Positions 49,599 to 59,311 of a stretch of DNA of 64,000 nt are shown in pieces (within the stretch, counting starts at the first letter, position 1; each line of letters starts with the position of its first letter). The translations under genes and the position numbers were made by a program. This DNA comes from a virus: positions 21,201-85,200 of the IMG/VR virus record IMGVR_UViG_3300044591_001745, one strand, 5' to 3'. The notes beneath the pieces are model-generated. The model was not told where the DNA came from. It was given only the letters and a program-made list of their open reading frames with translations, and searched no databases.

Positions 49599-50327
49599 TT
49601 ATTCTCCCTTATTGAGTGTTTTACCTAATCTATTATAAACAAATTCTACTAGAGCTGAACGAGTTGATTCAATTGCTGCGTCGGTTTCTTGACCGCCAAC
49701 ACTTAGATCAACTGTTTCTTCTGTTTCAACACTATCTAGAACTGTTTCATCAATAGTGGTTGCTTCAGAAGCCTTTTTCTTGGCTAACATTTCTTCGTCT
49801 TTCTTATCTTCTTCCATCTTCTCTGCTTTGCGCTTTGACATAGCAGCAATGAGTGAAGATAGACCACTGAAAGTCGAATCATCCAAAGCTTCAAATTGAT
49901 CAGCTGTGGAGAGAGCGAGTTCTTGCTCAAGGCCGTTTTCCATTAACTCAGCAACCCTTTTCATCTTCTTTTCTTTCTTGAGCATATCTTCTTCTTTGGC
50001 CTTGTAACCAGCTAAAGTTTCGGTTAATGCTGAAAGTTCGGCTTGCATCTGACTTAGGGCTTCTTCTTTAGCCTTGATAAGTTCTTCTGTTTCAGCAGCC
50101 TTATTGGCTAGAGTCTCATCAAACTCAGCCTTCATCTTTTTCATCTCGTCATCTTTTTCTTCTAATTCTTTATCTTTGTTCTTGACGGCTGCTTCGAGAG
50201 TGATTGTTTTGTTTTGAAGCTCAGTAGCTAAAGAGTAGGCTTCTTTTACTGTGTCAGCACAACCGGCCGATACAGATTCTACCTTGTCTTTTAGCTCGGC
50301 TACTTCTTTTTCTAAGTCTACGCTCAT
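49599..50327 (-). CDS. Nested in-frame scaffold protein (242 aa, MSVDLEKEVAEL...)
   Basis: In-frame ATG at 50327 with GGAG nine nt upstream and a GGGTGTATCTAAT motif at about 50360-50373; starts exactly at the coiled-coil region. Confidence 0.65.
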   Translation of the reverse strand: MSVDLEKEVAELKDKVESVSAGCADTVKEAYSLATELQNKTITLEAAVKNKDKELEEKDDEMKKMKAEFDETLANKAAETEELIKAKEEALSQMQAELSALTETLAGYKAKEEDMLKKEKKMKRVAELMENGLEQELALSTADQFEALDDSTFSGLSSLIAAMSKRKAEKMEEDKKDEEMLAKKKASEATTIDETVLDSVETEETVDLSVGGQETDAAIESTRSALVEFVYNRLGKTLNKGE

Positions 50328-51143
50328 TGTATTATTCTCCGTATTAGAGTTAAACTGATTATTAGATACACCCAAATTAGCAAAAATGCTATTTTTTTTA
50401 TTGAATAAATTATCAAGATTGAAAATTATACTATCGGGATTAGCTGGTTTGTCAACAAAACCCTTACCAGAAAAAGTAATATTTCTTAATACTCTTCCTA
50501 TTTTATAGTTTTCATGTTGACCCATACCGCCATATGCTCTAAGATGTTTTGTTAAATAAGCAGTGCTTTCATTTCTTGGCAAAACAGAATAACTACCAGT
50601 ACTAATATCTAATAAACCATAATCAAATCCCTTAAAAAAGCACTCCATACTAACATACTTTTTACCGTCTTTAATTTCACTAATAAGTTTTTCTGCTCTA
50701 TCTCTAAGATCGTTACTAGTATAAGCCCTATAAATTACTGAGCCTGTTAAGATATGATATTTATCTGGTAGATTATCTATTGGAGTATTTTCGTCAATTA
50801 AAATACCATCTTCTGTTATAGGCCAGTTTGATGTAATGTGGCCTATTATTACGCTCTCATCATGCTCTAGATTAGTTGGTTTGTCTTCTGGAGTATTCTT
50901 AGCGCTCCATACTTCTGCTTTATCAAATATATCATCATTTTTATTCCAAGACGTACTTACTAAAATAGATTGTACATAATATAAGTCTTCATCTTTATAT
51001 GAGGCTAAGCTTTGTAAAGTTTTAGCTACAGAATGTCCATAATCACTATCGCAAGGTTGAATATGGGATGCATATGAGATTGATGCAGTAGATTGTAGTA
51101 CGGCTTCTAATCCATCCTCTTTCTCATAGTTAAATATGTGCAT
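49599..51143 (-). CDS. Prohead protease-scaffold fusion
   Basis: N-terminal NKNDD.F, N.EH....IIGHI, VSMEC.F, F.G.G.V..PANP.S motifs of phage maturation proteases; C-terminal Glu/Lys coiled coil. Confidence 0.8.
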   Translation of the reverse strand: MHIFNYEKEDGLEAVLQSTASISYASHIQPCDSDYGHSVAKTLQSLASYKDEDLYYVQSILVSTSWNKNDDIFDKAEVWSAKNTPEDKPTNLEHDESVIIGHITSNWPITEDGILIDENTPIDNLPDKYHILTGSVIYRAYTSNDLRDRAEKLISEIKDGKKYVSMECFFKGFDYGLLDISTGSYSVLPRNESTAYLTKHLRAYGGMGQHENYKIGRVLRNITFSGKGFVDKPANPDSIIFNLDNLFNKKNSIFANLGVSNNQFNSNTENNTMSVDLEKEVAELKDKVESVSAGCADTVKEAYSLATELQNKTITLEAAVKNKDKELEEKDDEMKKMKAEFDETLANKAAETEELIKAKEEALSQMQAELSALTETLAGYKAKEEDMLKKEKKMKRVAELMENGLEQELALSTADQFEALDDSTFSGLSSLIAAMSKRKAEKMEEDKKDEEMLAKKKASEATTIDETVLDSVETEETVDLSVGGQETDAAIESTRSALVEFVYNRLGKTLNKGE

Positions 51144-51148
51144 AATAT

Positions 51149-53344
51149 TTAGCTTTCTTGTGAATATATGTGAATGTAATATGCCGCTTTGGCTTGCTTT
51201 AGTTCTTCTACTGTTAATTGTTTATTTAACTCAGAACTTAGACTTTTAAGCCATATATTATACCCCATAACTAAATTTTTAGTCGTTTTTTCGTCAATTT
51301 CGGCTAACTTAGATATGATTATTTCTTCGGATAAGTTTGAAAAAGGGGTCAAGCTAAAAAGAACTTTATTTTTAAATGTATCTACTTCTTCATATTCTTT
51401 ATTAGACAATGATCTTAAATTTTTCTTTTGATAAAAATCAAGAAGAATCGGATTTAAGCAGGAATTTATTTTCTCTTGAGCGTCATTAATCCACATCATC
51501 AATTTGGCGCCGGTCTGCGGGGAAAATTCTTTTTCTTTTCTCTGTTCGGTATCTTTAGAATTTTTAGGCCTTCCTTGCTGTGGTTGCCCTGGCAAAGATT
51601 CCGGCTTCTTTGCCAACTGCGTTGGGCTTTTCTGAGGAGTCTGCGCTTGCTTAGAATCCATAGCTGCCTGCTCTCCGGGTTTCTTTTTCTGTAAATCCAA
51701 ACCGACTTGACTTGGAGCCACAATACCAGATTGTAATGCTATTTTCTTTAAAGCATTTTCTATTTGCGGATCATGCCACGGTCCTGCCTTGTTAACCATA
51801 CGTTCATTATTCCTGTCTCTACTCTCTCTATTTAGTCTATATCTTTCCATGTCTGGATCCATACCAAAACGAGTTTGTAATAATTCGTCACTAATAAGAT
51901 TCCTGTCTACCAACTGGATAAGTAGTGCTTTCTCTGCATCTTCATTACTTAAATCCATTCTATCAAATTCAATTTTTGCTGGATATCTAAAACCCATTGA
52001 TTTCTGAACAGCAGCAATTTCTTTTTCCCAAAATTCTACTAATATATCTCTTCCATATTGTAGTCTTTGAGTTAATGTTTTCAGACTTATAAAGTTATTG
52101 GTCGTTCCCGCAGCACCATACGTTCCAGTAAGCGTAGGTGGAATCCCTAAGCCTGCGTATACAGCATTCAAATGAGGAATATATTTACCTTCTCCTAAAA
52201 ATTGATGAACGTTAGTATTGCTCTCTATCAATTCTAAGTCTGGACCCCATACTAGATCCATTGTTCCGCCACCGACGTTGTTTCCTAATATCTGAGATAG
52301 CTTTGCTGCGGCAGCCTTTGTTGGAGAAATTTTATGTTCTAAACTTCCAAGTTTAAAAATACGAATATTTGAAATGGCTCCGTCTAGCGCTGACATATCA
52401 GCTAATTTTAACTTTTCAATTACTGTGATATCATCCATGATAGCATAAATCATGGGATAAGCCCATGTTTGCCAATCGTCTTTCTTATAATGAAAAACTA
52501 ATATCTTAGTAGGATCTAAAGGGTATGGTTTTTTGGTTTTAGCTGCTTCAATAATTTGTTGTGGTAATTTAGAAACTATCTCTACCTCATTTGGATTTTT
52601 AGGGCTATTGATAGTTTTTCTAAGATTTGCTGGTAATACTAATTCATATCTTTTATCTGCCACAAAAGAAGATAGTTGACCTGCCGATACCTCTACAAAT
52701 ACTGGATCAAGAAAAGTATATCTCCAAGGTATTTCTCTTTTTTCTAGCATGGCATCTTCTAAGTCATTAAGAACTATATCAGGAGCAGCTATTGCTTTGT
52801 ATAGCTTGTCTGCAACTTTCAAGCTAAGCTTAGCTGTTTGTTTATTAATTACTACATTCCCTGTTTTATATAGATTGTTTAAGAACCTTTCACTACGGTC
52901 CTTGCCCCTTACTCTTTTAAACCACTGCCTATAAAATCTTTCTATTCTTTTATTTTTATGAACTAGACGAATTCCTTGAGCTGCAAAATCTCCCATGAGA
53001 TCAATAACATTTTTTACTAATCCTACTCTTTGATAGATATCATCAGCGCGTCTTAGGATAGCTTTGATTTTTGTAGGAACAGCTTCTTCTGGTCTAAAGT
53101 AATCGTAATCACCACGAGTTAAACCGGGACGACCAGAGGTATTTGGAGCTAAATTAGAATAGTCAAAACCATAGCGTCTGCTGGCTTGTGCTTGTTGAAT
53201 ACCAATAAATTCTTCTAAATTTCCTGATGTTTCATTAAGGGCTTTTTGGCGACTTTCTGCATCGTCACCCCATGTAACGTATGCTGGCATATCGGCTAAT
53301 TCTGCATTTTGGATAGCTTCGCTCTTTGGGTATTTTTTGGCCAT
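51149..53344 (-). CDS. Portal protein
   Basis: 731 aa between TerL and protease; Y....LVKNVID.M.DF, LYKTGNV, I...LGIP..L.G motifs, GRP in a low-complexity C-terminal region. Confidence 0.85.
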   Translation of the reverse strand: MAKKYPKSEAIQNAELADMPAYVTWGDDAESRQKALNETSGNLEEFIGIQQAQASRRYGFDYSNLAPNTSGRPGLTRGDYDYFRPEEAVPTKIKAILRRADDIYQRVGLVKNVIDLMGDFAAQGIRLVHKNKRIERFYRQWFKRVRGKDRSERFLNNLYKTGNVVINKQTAKLSLKVADKLYKAIAAPDIVLNDLEDAMLEKREIPWRYTFLDPVFVEVSAGQLSSFVADKRYELVLPANLRKTINSPKNPNEVEIVSKLPQQIIEAAKTKKPYPLDPTKILVFHYKKDDWQTWAYPMIYAIMDDITVIEKLKLADMSALDGAISNIRIFKLGSLEHKISPTKAAAAKLSQILGNNVGGGTMDLVWGPDLELIESNTNVHQFLGEGKYIPHLNAVYAGLGIPPTLTGTYGAAGTTNNFISLKTLTQRLQYGRDILVEFWEKEIAAVQKSMGFRYPAKIEFDRMDLSNEDAEKALLIQLVDRNLISDELLQTRFGMDPDMERYRLNRESRDRNNERMVNKAGPWHDPQIENALKKIALQSGIVAPSQVGLDLQKKKPGEQAAMDSKQAQTPQKSPTQLAKKPESLPGQPQQGRPKNSKDTEQRKEKEFSPQTGAKLMMWINDAQEKINSCLNPILLDFYQKKNLRSLSNKEYEEVDTFKNKVLFSLTPFSNLSEEIIISKLAEIDEKTTKNLVMGYNIWLKSLSSELNKQLTVEELKQAKAAYYIHIYSQES

Positions 53345-53382
53345 ATTAATAATACAATTGTAATGGGAATGGAAAACTATTG

Positions 53383-53394
53383 ATTAGTACACCT
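53383..53394 (-). promoter_or_regulatory. Putative late promoter motif (AGGTGTACTAAT) upstream of portal
   Basis: RGTGTAY motif right after the TerL stop. Confidence 0.55.
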
Positions 53395-53395
53395 A

Positions 53396-55432
53396 TTAAT
53401 CTTTATATACTCCTTTATATATATCATCATTGGCTCCTGAGGTAAACCAATCTGGCCCTTTATACATTGTAGTATCTTGAGATGACACAATATTTCTCCT
53501 AAAGTCACCAATCATATCATATTCTACTGGCTTTAATGTTCTATTCATTTGTCTAGCTAGCATATTAGCTATTACTAGAGCACTATATCTATCTTTGCGT
53601 AATCTTCCCTTTTTACCTCCTGGTAATTTTACTTCTGGAGTATCCCAACGATCTCTAGCATTAGGGCCGGTGCTGGTTTGCGTCATTACTATAGTGGTCA
53701 ATTCATTTTTAAGTTCTTCTATTTCTAAAATACATTCGCTAGCACTGTCATAGATAGGATTTAAATCAGTAGTCATAATGTCTTTATTTTCTTTATCTAA
53801 TGCTAAACCTAGAGTTAAATTATCAAAGCGAGGAAATAGTAATACTTTATCTTCTAGATCTTTACGTAATCCATGATTAGCTTGACTTGTCCAATCTGCC
53901 TTCGCAAATTGTACTAATTCTAGAATATGTAATCCGGATTGAGCATCTGTGTCTTTAGATTTATCGTAATCTATAACTGGCCATATAACATGCTCTCCTT
54001 CTTCTATCTTAGAAGGATCATGTAGCGCTTCTTCTATGGCAACACCACCACCCTGAGCATCCATGCCGATACGGACAGGAGGAAAACTTTTCATCAAATT
54101 GCGTATCTTGCGAGCACAAAATCCATAAAAGTCATACTCATTAGCTAGACCAGCTTTTTGTCTATCCTTAAAGTTGTTTCTATTAGTAGTCCAGCAATAT
54201 ACTATTCTAGAATGATCAGGATGTACTTCTAATATCACTATGCTAAAATTATCTTGTTCGCTAGCAGGATCGATTCCATAGATATACTTATAATTGCCAT
54301 TACCCTGAACAACAGAATCAAAAATAATTGGCTTATTATTAATTACAATATTATTTGCTTCAGTACATACACAGCTTTCTATTAAACTACGCCTGAAAAA
54401 TCCTTCACTATCATTAACAAAGCAAGCAGCATATTCCATATTGTAAATACCGGTATGAATTGTTGCTTTGGCTCGTGAAACCTGTTTATCATCCATGAAA
54501 CCTTTAGGAATTAATTCATAAGGAATACGAATAATACTATAGTCTCTCCAATTAAAGTTAGACGGAACTTCTCCTTTAAATATTTCTTCTAACTTACGTT
54601 GGTCACCCTTGCTTTCAATGATAGACTTGTATCTTTTCCAATAACTAGCAAAATGTTTAAATCCATAATCTGCTGTTCCAGATATGATTGCCTGATTACC
54701 CATTTTTAAATTAATGACATCTAATTCTGGTGTCCATAAACCAGAATCAATCATCGCCTGTCTTTTGGCTTGTTCTTTAACATTCTGAATAGGGCTAGCA
54801 GAAACAGCAGCGAACCCCGAGACTACTGTTTCATATATTTCGGGACTGATAGAAGCAAACTCGTCAGCAATAATTATATGAGCGCGTAGACCTCTAATCT
54901 TACTTCCGTCGCCCATAGGAATAGCAATTGTCCAACTATCTCCTAGGCGGATAGTACATCTATCCACATCTCTGCGAGGGCCATCATCATTTCCATTAAA
55001 GATACTTCTTAGTATAGGACTATTTCTCCAAATAGTTTCCATATACTCGAAAATGATTTTACTTTGACGGAATGCGGCGCCTACAACCACAATCTTTGTC
55101 CCAGGAAAAAATGCGCAACGGATAATACAATATAGAGCCAATAGGAACGACTTACCCCAACCACGACTAGCAATATACATAGGAAATGCGCGAATCCAAA
55201 ATTCTTGTAAAATACAAATTTGCATAGGATGCAATTCAATATCAAATAATAGTTTACAAGTAGCACCCAAGTATCTGGGATCTCTCATAATTTTCATAAG
55301 ATGTAAGTCTGGATTTTCTATATCCTCCTTATTCCTATGTATCATTATATTCTTATCAAGAGATAAGACAGATAAATCGCCTAGACCTAACCAGGCATCA
55401 TCAAACTGTTTTGTTTTTGCTGTGGACTTCAA
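53396..55432 (-). CDS. terL: Terminase large subunit
   Basis: Walker A-like ASRGWGKS, RG.R and Walker B IIIADE, RNase H-like GIDPA, MDAQGGG and KDRYSAL. Confidence 0.92.
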   Translation of the reverse strand: MKSTAKTKQFDDAWLGLGDLSVLSLDKNIMIHRNKEDIENPDLHLMKIMRDPRYLGATCKLLFDIELHPMQICILQEFWIRAFPMYIASRGWGKSFLLALYCIIRCAFFPGTKIVVVGAAFRQSKIIFEYMETIWRNSPILRSIFNGNDDGPRRDVDRCTIRLGDSWTIAIPMGDGSKIRGLRAHIIIADEFASISPEIYETVVSGFAAVSASPIQNVKEQAKRQAMIDSGLWTPELDVINLKMGNQAIISGTADYGFKHFASYWKRYKSIIESKGDQRKLEEIFKGEVPSNFNWRDYSIIRIPYELIPKGFMDDKQVSRAKATIHTGIYNMEYAACFVNDSEGFFRRSLIESCVCTEANNIVINNKPIIFDSVVQGNGNYKYIYGIDPASEQDNFSIVILEVHPDHSRIVYCWTTNRNNFKDRQKAGLANEYDFYGFCARKIRNLMKSFPPVRIGMDAQGGGVAIEEALHDPSKIEEGEHVIWPVIDYDKSKDTDAQSGLHILELVQFAKADWTSQANHGLRKDLEDKVLLFPRFDNLTLGLALDKENKDIMTTDLNPIYDSASECILEIEELKNELTTIVMTQTSTGPNARDRWDTPEVKLPGGKKGRLRKDRYSALVIANMLARQMNRTLKPVEYDMIGDFRRNIVSSQDTTMYKGPDWFTSGANDDIYKGVYKD

Positions 55433-55880
55433 GATAGTAAACCTTATTCATTATGTATTCTGCCATCTTCTCCGCATCAGATGGACATCCGCAAAAAACA
55501 ACTTTGATATTATGAAACATTTGCCATTCAAGAATGTGCTTCATAATAAAACTAGGACTAATTTTTACTTTGTCCCACATATGTTTTGGTAAAGAAGATC
55601 CTATTGGATAACTGAGAACATTTTCTAAATCAAACTCTAATAGAATATAAGCATATTTTGTTTTAGACAATCTATCAATCACATCTTTAAATCTAGATTC
55701 TATAATATTGTTAGCTATTTCATTGATACTTTTTTTGCGTTCTATTGCCAGTAAAGGCTCTAGGCCCTCTATGCTATAGTCACCAGTATCTAGCTTTCTA
55801 TTAGCAGTAGTATAGTTATCAAACGACCACGGTTGTTGTTCTCGTGTGTCTACGATAATAGTGAAATTATTTTTTATCAT
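55401..55880 (-). CDS. ERCC4-domain (XPF/Mus81-like) nuclease
   Basis: IIVDTREQ.P...L.TGDYS......AIERK signature (GDxnERK). Confidence 0.9.
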   Translation of the reverse strand: MIKNNFTIIVDTREQQPWSFDNYTTANRKLDTGDYSIEGLEPLLAIERKKSINEIANNIIESRFKDVIDRLSKTKYAYILLEFDLENVLSYPIGSSLPKHMWDKVKISPSFIMKHILEWQMFHNIKVVFCGCPSDAEKMAEYIMNKVYYLEVHSKNKTV

Positions 55881-56139
55881 GATGTTGAGCTACTATTCTA
55901 AGGAATACGGCCGCATATATGTCTTCCATCCCGGTAATCATTTTATGATGTTCTTTGCATAAAGTAATACCGTTATTAGGTTCGAAACGTAAGCCAGGAT
56001 ACTGAGCCCAAGGTCTAATGTGATGAGCATTTAATTTTTTCTTACAATTACATCCTGGCCATTTGCACTGAAAGTTATCTCTTGTGTAAACTAATTTTCT
56101 CCATTTTTTGTATGCTGGATCTTCAAAGTTTCTACGCAT
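55867..56139 (-). CDS. HNH endonuclease
   Basis: WR..V..RD.F.C..PGC.....L.AHHI......P.LRF...NGITLC..HH; likely start MRRNFEDP (ORF track 55867..56166). Confidence 0.9.
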   Translation of the reverse strand: MRRNFEDPAYKKWRKLVYTRDNFQCKWPGCNCKKKLNAHHIRPWAQYPGLRFEPNNGITLCKEHHKMITGMEDIYAAVFLRIVAQHHDKK

Positions 56140-57124
56140 TAGCAAAAGCCTTAATATCGCTGTCAACCATATCTTGTACTAAATCATCAAATGAAAAAGA
56201 CTGTTCCCAGCCTAGTGCTTTTCTAGCCAAGTCATTTCTACCACACAGATAATCTACTTCTGCTGGACGATATAGATTCTGATCTATCTCAACATATTTA
56301 GTATAGTCTAATCCAGCATAACTAAAAGATCTTTGTAAGAAATCTAAAATTGTCCAAGTTTTACCAGTGCATATAACATAATCTCTGGGCGTATCATCTT
56401 GCAACATTAAATGCATAGCATTCACATAGTCCTTAGCATGACCCCAATCCCTTTTAGCATTTAAATTGCCTAGCTTTAATGCTTCATTAGTTTGATGATT
56501 AATTACTTGTCCAATATATTTTGTAATTTTACGAGTTACAAAATTTTCTCCGCGTCTTGGGCTTTCGTGATTAAAAAGAATACCACAGCACCCAAATATG
56601 TTATAAGCATTACGGTATATTTGTACCAAACGATGACTAGCTAATTTAGCTACGCCATAAGGACTCTGTGGAATAAATGGAGTATTTTCATCTTGGTATT
56701 TGTTGTTAGCGTCATCAATACTATAATTACTGCCAAACATTTCACTAGTACTAGCTTGATAAAATTTAGTTTCTGGAGAAGAATGGCGTATAGCATCTAA
56801 AATATTAATGACTCCCAAAGTATTAATTTGAAAGGTCGTAGTAGGTTGCGCAAAACTAGTTCCAACATGGCTCTGAGCTGCCAGATTGTAAAATTCATCT
56901 GGTTGATAATGTGAGATAATTTGTAAACATCCACTAGGATCTGTTAAATCGAATTCTTCTAATGTAAAAAGTGGATGATTAATAATGTGCAATATTCTTT
57001 GAAAATTGTTTGTGCTATTTCTGCGATGTAATCCTATAACTCTGTATCCACGTTCTAATAATAGTTCTGATAAATATGATCCATCTTGACCAGTCACGCC
57101 AGTAACTAATGCTGTCTTATCCAT
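56132..57124 (-). CDS. gmd: GDP-mannose 4,6-dehydratase
   Basis: ALVTGVTGQDGSYL, YNLAAQSHV, FYQASTSE, SPYGVAK, FNHESPRRGENFVTRKI, LGNL.AKRDWGHAKDYV. Confidence 0.96.
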   Translation of the reverse strand: MDKTALVTGVTGQDGSYLSELLLERGYRVIGLHRRNSTNNFQRILHIINHPLFTLEEFDLTDPSGCLQIISHYQPDEFYNLAAQSHVGTSFAQPTTTFQINTLGVINILDAIRHSSPETKFYQASTSEMFGSNYSIDDANNKYQDENTPFIPQSPYGVAKLASHRLVQIYRNAYNIFGCCGILFNHESPRRGENFVTRKITKYIGQVINHQTNEALKLGNLNAKRDWGHAKDYVNAMHLMLQDDTPRDYVICTGKTWTILDFLQRSFSYAGLDYTKYVEIDQNLYRPAEVDYLCGRNDLARKALGWEQSFSFDDLVQDMVDSDIKAFANA

Positions 57125-57680
57125 TATAAACTCCTTGATTATTATGAACTAGCCAACAACCACTCATGGTTTGGATTGTTTTAAATTTTTCATTTACTGC
57201 TTGAGGTACTCCTGGCCATGAGAAATAATCATGACCAGCCATCATTCCATTATTTTTAAGTTTAGGATACCATAGTTCTATATCTTCCTTAACACATTCA
57301 TAGGCATGGCACATATCAATAAAAATAACGTCTAACGAGTTATTCTCAAATTGTTGAGCTGCGTCTTTAGATAATGCTCTGACAGGCGTAAACTTACGAT
57401 CCCCCATATTTTCTAAAAACATTTGATAGATATCTTGCTGTGTTGCTAGCTGATGAGTTGAATTGATTTCATTTTCTGATCCTTTCCAGCTGTCCACAAT
57501 ATAGACTGTAACGTCTGGCCTTTTGGCCGATACTATGTCACATAAATAAGAAGAGCTTTTACCTAGCCATGCACCACATTCAACAAATATTCCATTCTGT
57601 GGAATTTTAGATACTAGTTCATCGTATAATGTTTCAAAATCAAACCAGCCGTCTATCTGCGATGTTGCTTTCATGTTCAC
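57117..57680 (-). CDS. Class I SAM-dependent methyltransferase (Methyltransf_24-like)
   Basis: FVECGAWLGKS, VDSW.G, LDVIFID..H.YE.V..DI..W.PKLK..G.MAGHDY. Confidence 0.88.
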   Translation of the reverse strand: MNMKATSQIDGWFDFETLYDELVSKIPQNGIFVECGAWLGKSSSYLCDIVSAKRPDVTVYIVDSWKGSENEINSTHQLATQQDIYQMFLENMGDRKFTPVRALSKDAAQQFENNSLDVIFIDMCHAYECVKEDIELWYPKLKNNGMMAGHDYFSWPGVPQAVNEKFKTIQTMSGCWLVHNNQGVYNG

Positions 57681-58480
57681 TCCACGGTATCTGGTGTTAG
57701 GAAAGGCTTATCTACCACGCCATCTTGGTATTCATGATATTCGCCCATTTTTTTGAAAGTACGAGATGCTGCCATGTTAAGTATTTCCATTTCTCGTCCT
57801 TCTTTTTCTCTTAACTCTTCATCTTCTAACATGCGTATTAATCCTGTCCAGCTACTTTTCCCATCTTCTATTCTTTTGATTCGTTGTTCTCGTGTAGCCT
57901 TAAGATCTTTACTAATTTTTTGCTGCTCATTAAGAAGTTTTGTATATTCATTTGTATAATTAGCGATACTGTTGCGAGCGAATCCGAGTTGAGTTTCGAG
58001 ACTAGATAATTTAGGTATGTCTCTTTGATCTTCTGGTTTTTCATATTCTTTATCCACCAGTTTTTGCAATTTCTCTGTTTCCGCAATATGACGTTTTCTT
58101 TCTTTCATGCTACGATTGATCAATATATCTATAGTAATAAATTGTTTGATTTGCAATTCTTCTGCGGGTAAAACGTCTTCTCTAAATTGACGTATTAACC
58201 CTACCCATGTATCTTCAAAGTATTGTAGTTCTCCGCTATCTTCATCAAACTGTCTTTTGATTTCATTCCAAAAGGTTTTACTATGTAATTTATATTTAAG
58301 ATAATCGTTATCTTTTTTCTCACTGTCTGATACTAATAAAGATTTTTCTTCAATGTACCTTTTAATAGGAGCATCATTACGATTTAGTCGTTCTGCTATT
58401 TCGTCTATAGATAATGATTCTACATTATCGCGTATGAATTTTTCCTCGTCTAAGCTTAGCTGTCCTCGTTTTTTGGGCAT
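57677..58480 (-). CDS. HTH plus coiled-coil protein, candidate terminase small subunit
   Basis: N-terminal LS.DEIAERLNR....IKRY helix-turn-helix, long helical body, a few genes upstream of TerL; function inferred from position. Confidence 0.45.
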   Translation of the reverse strand: MPKKRGQLSLDEEKFIRDNVESLSIDEIAERLNRNDAPIKRYIEEKSLLVSDSEKKDNDYLKYKLHSKTFWNEIKRQFDEDSGELQYFEDTWVGLIRQFREDVLPAEELQIKQFITIDILINRSMKERKRHIAETEKLQKLVDKEYEKPEDQRDIPKLSSLETQLGFARNSIANYTNEYTKLLNEQQKISKDLKATREQRIKRIEDGKSSWTGLIRMLEDEELREKEGREMEILNMAASRTFKKMGEYHEYQDGVVDKPFLTPDTVE

Positions 58481-59160
58481 AAGTTACTTTCGCTTATTAA
58501 GGTTTGAATATATGTTTGTAATTTTAATAGTTGCTGTTTTGGTACCTTAAGACCATGCTTAAGTTTCAAATAGTTTTCTCTGTGTTCTAATGATACGTTT
58601 TGGTCCAAAAAATCTAATATTTCTTTATTGGATATAGAGTCTACAAAGCCGCTGGACTGAGAGTGAAGAGACTCTGGTTCTTTTTCAATATATGATGGTT
58701 GCATAATATTCTTTTTGGTTTCGTTACGAGCTGACCAATTAGAATATAGCTCACAATCGTCTTTGTTGGTAAACTTGGAACATTGACTGGTTGAGCAGGC
58801 GTAATTCTTATCAAAAAATGGACAAGTTAAACAGGGCTTATCTGGCCTTTGGTAGTTATTTCTTTTGTAGTTGAATAGGCGATTGCGAATATGGGTCCAA
58901 AGGAAATTTTCAAGGGGTCTTTTATTGTCGTACTTTTGTAGTCCTTCTAAAGCAAATATATATGCTTGCTGTTTCATATCATCAAAGTCATGGTATCCAA
59001 ACTTAAATTTATATCCTAATCTTTTGCTTATATTTTCAACCACTCTAACAAATTCGCTTTCGTCTACATTATGTGGTAATGATGATTCAGCCTTCTTGGG
59101 CACTTTGGCCTTTTTCCTCAGTTTGGGCGGACTTTTGGTTATTTTTTTCTTTTTCTTCAT
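58456..59160 (-). CDS. Phage RNA polymerase sigma70-family factor (probable late sigma)
   Basis: Region-2-like F.DMKQQAYIFALEGL.KYD..RPLENFLWTHIRNRL.N..R; Cys-rich insert; short helical C-terminus. Confidence 0.75.
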   Translation of the reverse strand: MKKKKKITKSPPKLRKKAKVPKKAESSLPHNVDESEFVRVVENISKRLGYKFKFGYHDFDDMKQQAYIFALEGLQKYDNKRPLENFLWTHIRNRLFNYKRNNYQRPDKPCLTCPFFDKNYACSTSQCSKFTNKDDCELYSNWSARNETKKNIMQPSYIEKEPESLHSQSSGFVDSISNKEILDFLDQNVSLEHRENYLKLKHGLKVPKQQLLKLQTYIQTLISESNLCPKNEDS

Positions 59161-59284
59161 ATAGTAATTCTGCTATGCTTTTTCCTTCTGGAAGATTTAA
59201 TTCATTTTCAGAGACCGAAACACTAGCTTCGGCCTTAACGCTAAGGGTACTAGCAACAAATGGTAGTTCGTTAGGATCGATCAT
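59087..59284 (-). CDS. Small acidic hypothetical protein
   Basis: AAGGAG SD before ATG 59284 (MIDPNELPF); overlaps the 5' end of the sigma-like ORF by 74 nt. Confidence 0.55.
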   Translation of the reverse strand: MIDPNELPFVASTLSVKAEASVSVSENELNLPEGKSIAELLYEEKEKNNQKSAQTEEKGQSAQEG

Positions 59285-59311
59285 TTTTTCTCCTTGCATT
59301 ATGAGATCAAC

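Noticed and set aside
53396-55432. Intein or intron in TerL or other core genes
   Set aside because: Motifs are contiguous; no intein splice-junction or LAGLIDADG motifs seen
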